A DNA stretch of 64,000 nucleotides, taken from positions 4,712,001-4,776,000 of the forward strand of contig OZ176056.1 of the NCBI GenBank assembly GCA_964247055.1, written 5' to 3'. Source of the stretch: Paragordius varius (taxonomy: Eukaryota; Animalia; Nematomorpha). A program made the position numbers and the translations under genes. This document shows positions 60,550 through 64,000 of this stretch, piece after piece. How positions within the stretch are numbered: position 1 is the first letter of the stretch; each line of letters starts with the position of its first letter. The notes beneath the pieces were generated by a model. The model did not search any database. It was given only the letters and a program-made list of their open reading frames with translations, and had not been told where the DNA came from.

Positions 60550-62020
60550 GGGAATACGTGGAATCTATATTGAATTTTTACGGTCTTAAAAATTATTTTT
60601 GTGGACTTTTGAAAAAAATGGCATTTTACGGGGAGAGCGGGTAAAAATAGGTGCTAAATTAAAAAAGCGAGCCGACTATGTTCGGCGCAATCGAAAATAA
60701 GTAAATAAAAATCAAATTTGAAATTGAATGGTCCAACACGTTCTCCGCAAAATTGTCACAAAAACACGATTTTTAAGGATTTTTGTTTTCAAAAAAACCG
60801 TTTTTAACACGGGGTGGCCCGAAATGGGGGCCTATTCCAAAAAAGGGCGAAGCTATTGTCGGGGCATTCATTAACGATTATATTTTTTCGATGTTTGGAT
60901 TTGAAAGGGTCTACTGGTTTTCCGGAAACAGATCACAAAGCCACATGACGGATCAGTTTAGCGGCTATCAATAAAAAAACGCTTGACTAAATCTTTTGCC
61001 TTTTAGGGAATACGTGGAATCTATATTAAATTTTTACGGTCTAAAAAAATTATTTTTGTGGACTTTGTTTTTTGAAAAAAATGGAATTTTACAGGGGAAC
61101 GGGTAAAAATAGGTGCTAAATTAAAAAAGCGAGCCGACTATATTCGGCGCAATCAAAAATAATAAACAAAAATTATATTTGAAATCGAAGGTCCAGCACG
61201 TTCTCCGGAAAATTGTCACAAAGACACGATTTTTAAGGGCTTTTGTTTCCAAAAAAAAAATTTCAACACGGGGTGGGCCCAAACTGGGGGCCTATTTCAA
61301 AATAGGGCGAAGCTATTGTCGGGGCATTCATTAATGATTATATTTTTTCGAAGTTTGGATTTGAATGGGTAAACTGGTTTTCCGGAAACACACAAAGCCA
61401 CATGACGCATCAGTTTAGCGACTATTATCAAAGAAACGCTTGACTAAAATTTTTGCTTAGAGAATACGTGGAATCTATATTGAATTTATACTGTCTTAAA
61501 AAATTATTTTTGTGGACTTTGTTTTTTTGAAAAAAATGGCATTTTACGGGGGTAGCGGGTAAAAATAGGTGCTAAATTCAAAAAGCGAGCCGACTATGTT
61601 CGGCGCTATCCAAAATAAGTAAACAAAATCATATTTGAAATTGAATGGTCCAACACGTTCTCCGCAAAATTGTCGCAAAACGATTTTTAAGGACTTTTGT
61701 TTTCAAAAAAATCGTTTTTAACACGGGGTGCGCCCGAAATGAGGGCCTATTTCAAAAAAGGGCGAAGCTATTGTCGGGGCATTCATTAATGATTATATTT
61801 TTTCGATATTTGGTTTGAAAGGGTCTACCGGTTTTCCGGATACAGATCACAAAGCCAGCATTTTTCATTTTTATAAATATATAGATTGTGTACGGCTTTC
61901 TATTATATTTATAAACTATAATAATTGATTGGCAAAAAATATTCTGAATACTAGTTACACAAAAATAAACCTTTCTATCCCATAAAATTATCAATTTTAA
62001 ATGCATTTTCATTATGCATT

Positions 62021-62169
62021 CTGCTTTGTTATTTCACACTATAGTAGGGCAATTCGCATTATTGGAATGTATGGAAAAAAGAAAAATATTATTGTTTATT
62101 TAACATTTGGTTGTTTTTTCCATACACTAATGTCTTGCAAATTCCCTTACTATAGTGTGAAATAAGCAG
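62021..62169. repeat. Small hairpin / MITE-like palindrome
   Basis: Perfect 18-bp inverted repeat TTATTTCACACTATAGTA (62029-62046 vs 62148-62165), continuing imperfectly inward to GTATGGAAAAAA / TTTTTTCCATAC; loop about 33 nt. Confidence 0.75.
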
Positions 62170-62469
62170 CCATTTAAATGCATCCTGGAGTTTCCTTTAA
62201 TTATCTTCATACATGGCTAACTTATAATCGAATTCTGTTTTTCAGTAATCGATATCTTTAAATAAAAAACACCCTAATATATAAAAATTTTGGTTGTTTA
62301 ATTAAATTTAAATGATACCTATTATATTTAAAACATAATTTTTCTTTTGTCCCCAAAATATCCCTCAACTAGAATATAAGCCTTTAGAAAAGTAAACCTT
62401 TTTAATATCAGCCTTTCCAAAAATCTGAGAGTGCGCCATTATTAACTTGGCTCAGTTAATAACACTAGT

Positions 62470-63520
62470 CAACAATATCTGCCACTTGAGTTTTTGCAAT
62501 CTGATATTTACTATCATTTTAACAGTTGAAATAAAAATACACCCAAGAATTTTAAATAGTTTAATGCTTCTGATTATGCGCCCTCTTTATCAAAATTTAC
62601 TAAAAAATATTTTCCTGCGAAAATTTATAACAAATATCCATTTGTAATATATTATTTTAAATATTAATTAAAACATAAAATGCATACTGATATGTATTAC
62701 ATAGATGGTTAATATTGGACATAAGAAGCGACAAACGCGCAAAGAGAGAGCGTTTTTCTAATCAATGAATTCTTAAAACTAATGGAATAGCTCAAACCTT
62801 TATCTAGATAGCAATGAAAGTCCAAAAAAGACAACATAAGAAATTTTTTTGATTAACAGTTATTTATTGCTTTTATGCCATTTAAGTTTTTTGTTTTTTA
62901 AGATTACCATATCATCAATATTAATTTATTTTCTTTAGTAGGTTTCTAGAAACTAAAAACAAATTTAAACTTATTTTTTATTTTTTAACGTATTTAATAA
63001 ATTTACAGTTATAACTATGCATTTTGGTATCCACTGGGTAAAATAACTTAAATAATAATAAATTTAATTGAAAAAGACCAAAAGCTTTTTCGAAGATTTT
63101 TTCTTAATTTATTGCTAATATATTAAAATAATTGTTATGATTATTAAATTAGTTTGTTTGTGAAATTTTATAACTTATTTGAGGGTTGAAAATTTTGACC
63201 ATACAAATCCAAATAACATTTATGTCAAATTGATTTAAATGACCCATCCATTCGTAAGATACAGTTTTTCGCGCTCTTTTGAATGATATAAAATACATGT
63301 CTCTATATCTATAACTTTTAGTTTCGAAAATTTTAATGTTAATCGGGGCCAAAAATTATCGTTAAATTCTAATAAATAAAATATATAATATTAGAACAAT
63401 TTTTTTCAGAAATACTATTTAAATTTTACAAGAATGGCAGTTAAAAAGTCAAATTTTGTAGTCTAGTCAATATTTTGTTTTATAGTATAATATTAAAGAG
63501 ATTAATTATGAATCTTATGA
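62470..63520 (-). repeat. Interspersed repeat family R1, copy 3 (boundaries approximate)
   Basis: Reverse complement is colinear with 46290-47400 and 4240-5300. Confidence 0.7.
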
Positions 63521-63684
63521 TTTATTTAGTGATCATGTATTGGTAAATCAATTAATTAAAAAATTATCACTTTTTACGCTAATATGTACAAAATAAATGG
63601 AAATTTTTTAGAACACTTATTACATTAATGTTTTAGATATTACATGGTATGTTAATATTAAAAAATTTAATAAAAAAATTTTAC

Positions 63685-63805
63685 ATGTCGTTTAAAACCA
63701 TTTTTCGAATCTTTATTTTTATTCTGTTTATTGGATTATCATTGAATGTAATTAACAAAAAATATAAAGATAAGGACACAATATTCCTTATGTCATCCGG
63801 GGTAG
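63685..63805 (+). CDS. Possible first coding exon of a type II membrane protein running beyond the window
   Basis: MSFKTIFRIFIFILFIGLSLNVINKKYKDKDTIFLMSSGV: short basic N-terminus and one hydrophobic segment, followed by a consensus donor G|GTAAG at 63806. No downstream exon could be confirmed. Confidence 0.3.
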
Positions 63806-64000
63806 GTAAGATTTTTTTCATTTTTACCAAAACCAGATATTTCTCGAATATTTATTAAGAAACTAATTGGTAATTAAGACCACTATCTAGATTTTTAAAA
63901 AATAACTTATCGTTTTATTGGATAAATGATGGTTAATTCAAAGGATAAAATATACCATTGAGCCTTAAATCATGAATGTTCAACATAAACATCTTCGTGG

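Larger units (their letters stand above)
56250..61857. repeat. ~455-bp tandem array (4 units) derived from the Helitron 5' segment, interrupted by the LTR element
   Basis: Marker TACGTGGAATCTAT at 60555, 61011 and 61465 (spacings 456 and 454). One further unit at ~56250-56686. The unit is homologous to the reverse complement of ~30390-30897. Confidence 0.9.
56058..61885 (-). mobile_element. Non-autonomous Helitron, copy C, both ends present, carrying a tandem array and an LTR insertion
   Basis: Minus strand starts A|TCTATATATTTATAAAAATG at 61885 and ends CTCGGGCTGC-GTA-GCAGCACGAG (hairpin 56091-56069), ATTTACC, CCAG|T at 56058. It sits between A and T, as Helitrons do. Confidence 0.8.

Noticed and set aside
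60783-60974. Similar ORFs in the Helitron unit (30374-30613, 30633-30827, 60783-60974) as a captured gene family
   Set aside because: Frames and stops are not preserved between units and there are no RepHel or host-protein motifs; the similarity only reflects the shared DNA repeat.

Overview
Strongly AT-rich eukaryotic (invertebrate animal-like) genomic DNA with GT-AG spliceosomal introns. No prokaryotic features, CRISPR array, rRNA or tRNA genes were found. Six protein-coding genes were rebuilt by hand from splice sites and reading-frame phase. (1) Intronless rhodopsin-class orphan GPCR, 1465-3147 (+). (2) 7-exon cytosolic sulfotransferase, 5691-12214 (-), 326 aa. (3) 17-exon CCT2 / TCP1-beta chaperonin, 20059-29486 (+), 551 aa. 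(4) 2-exon bestrophin, 32883-34767 (-), 537 aa. (5) 9-exon SEA-domain type I membrane mucin-like protein, 35867-44207 (+), 862 aa, head-to-head with the bestrophin. (6) Intronless 2',3'-cyclic-nucleotide 3'-phosphodiesterase (CNPase)-like 2H enzyme, 49805-50905 (+). The rest is mostly transposon-derived: hAT elements with intact TIRs and 8-bp TSDs, piggyBac-like MITEs, Tc1-like and 21-bp-repeat foldback elements, three copies of a non-autonomous Helitron, and a defective Mag-type Ty3/gypsy LTR element. From 51.9 to 61.9 kb the elements are nested: a hAT inside a hAT, then an LTR element inside a Helitron whose 5' segment has been amplified into a ~455-bp tandem array. The most notable observations are a hAT carrying an antisense copy of its own transposase (Mu-killer-like hairpin potential), a stand-alone CNPase-like gene, the bestrophin/SEA-mucin divergent pair, and a possible 3-nt start-codon exon with a 27-nt intron in CCT2. 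All alignments were done by eye; no database search was run.
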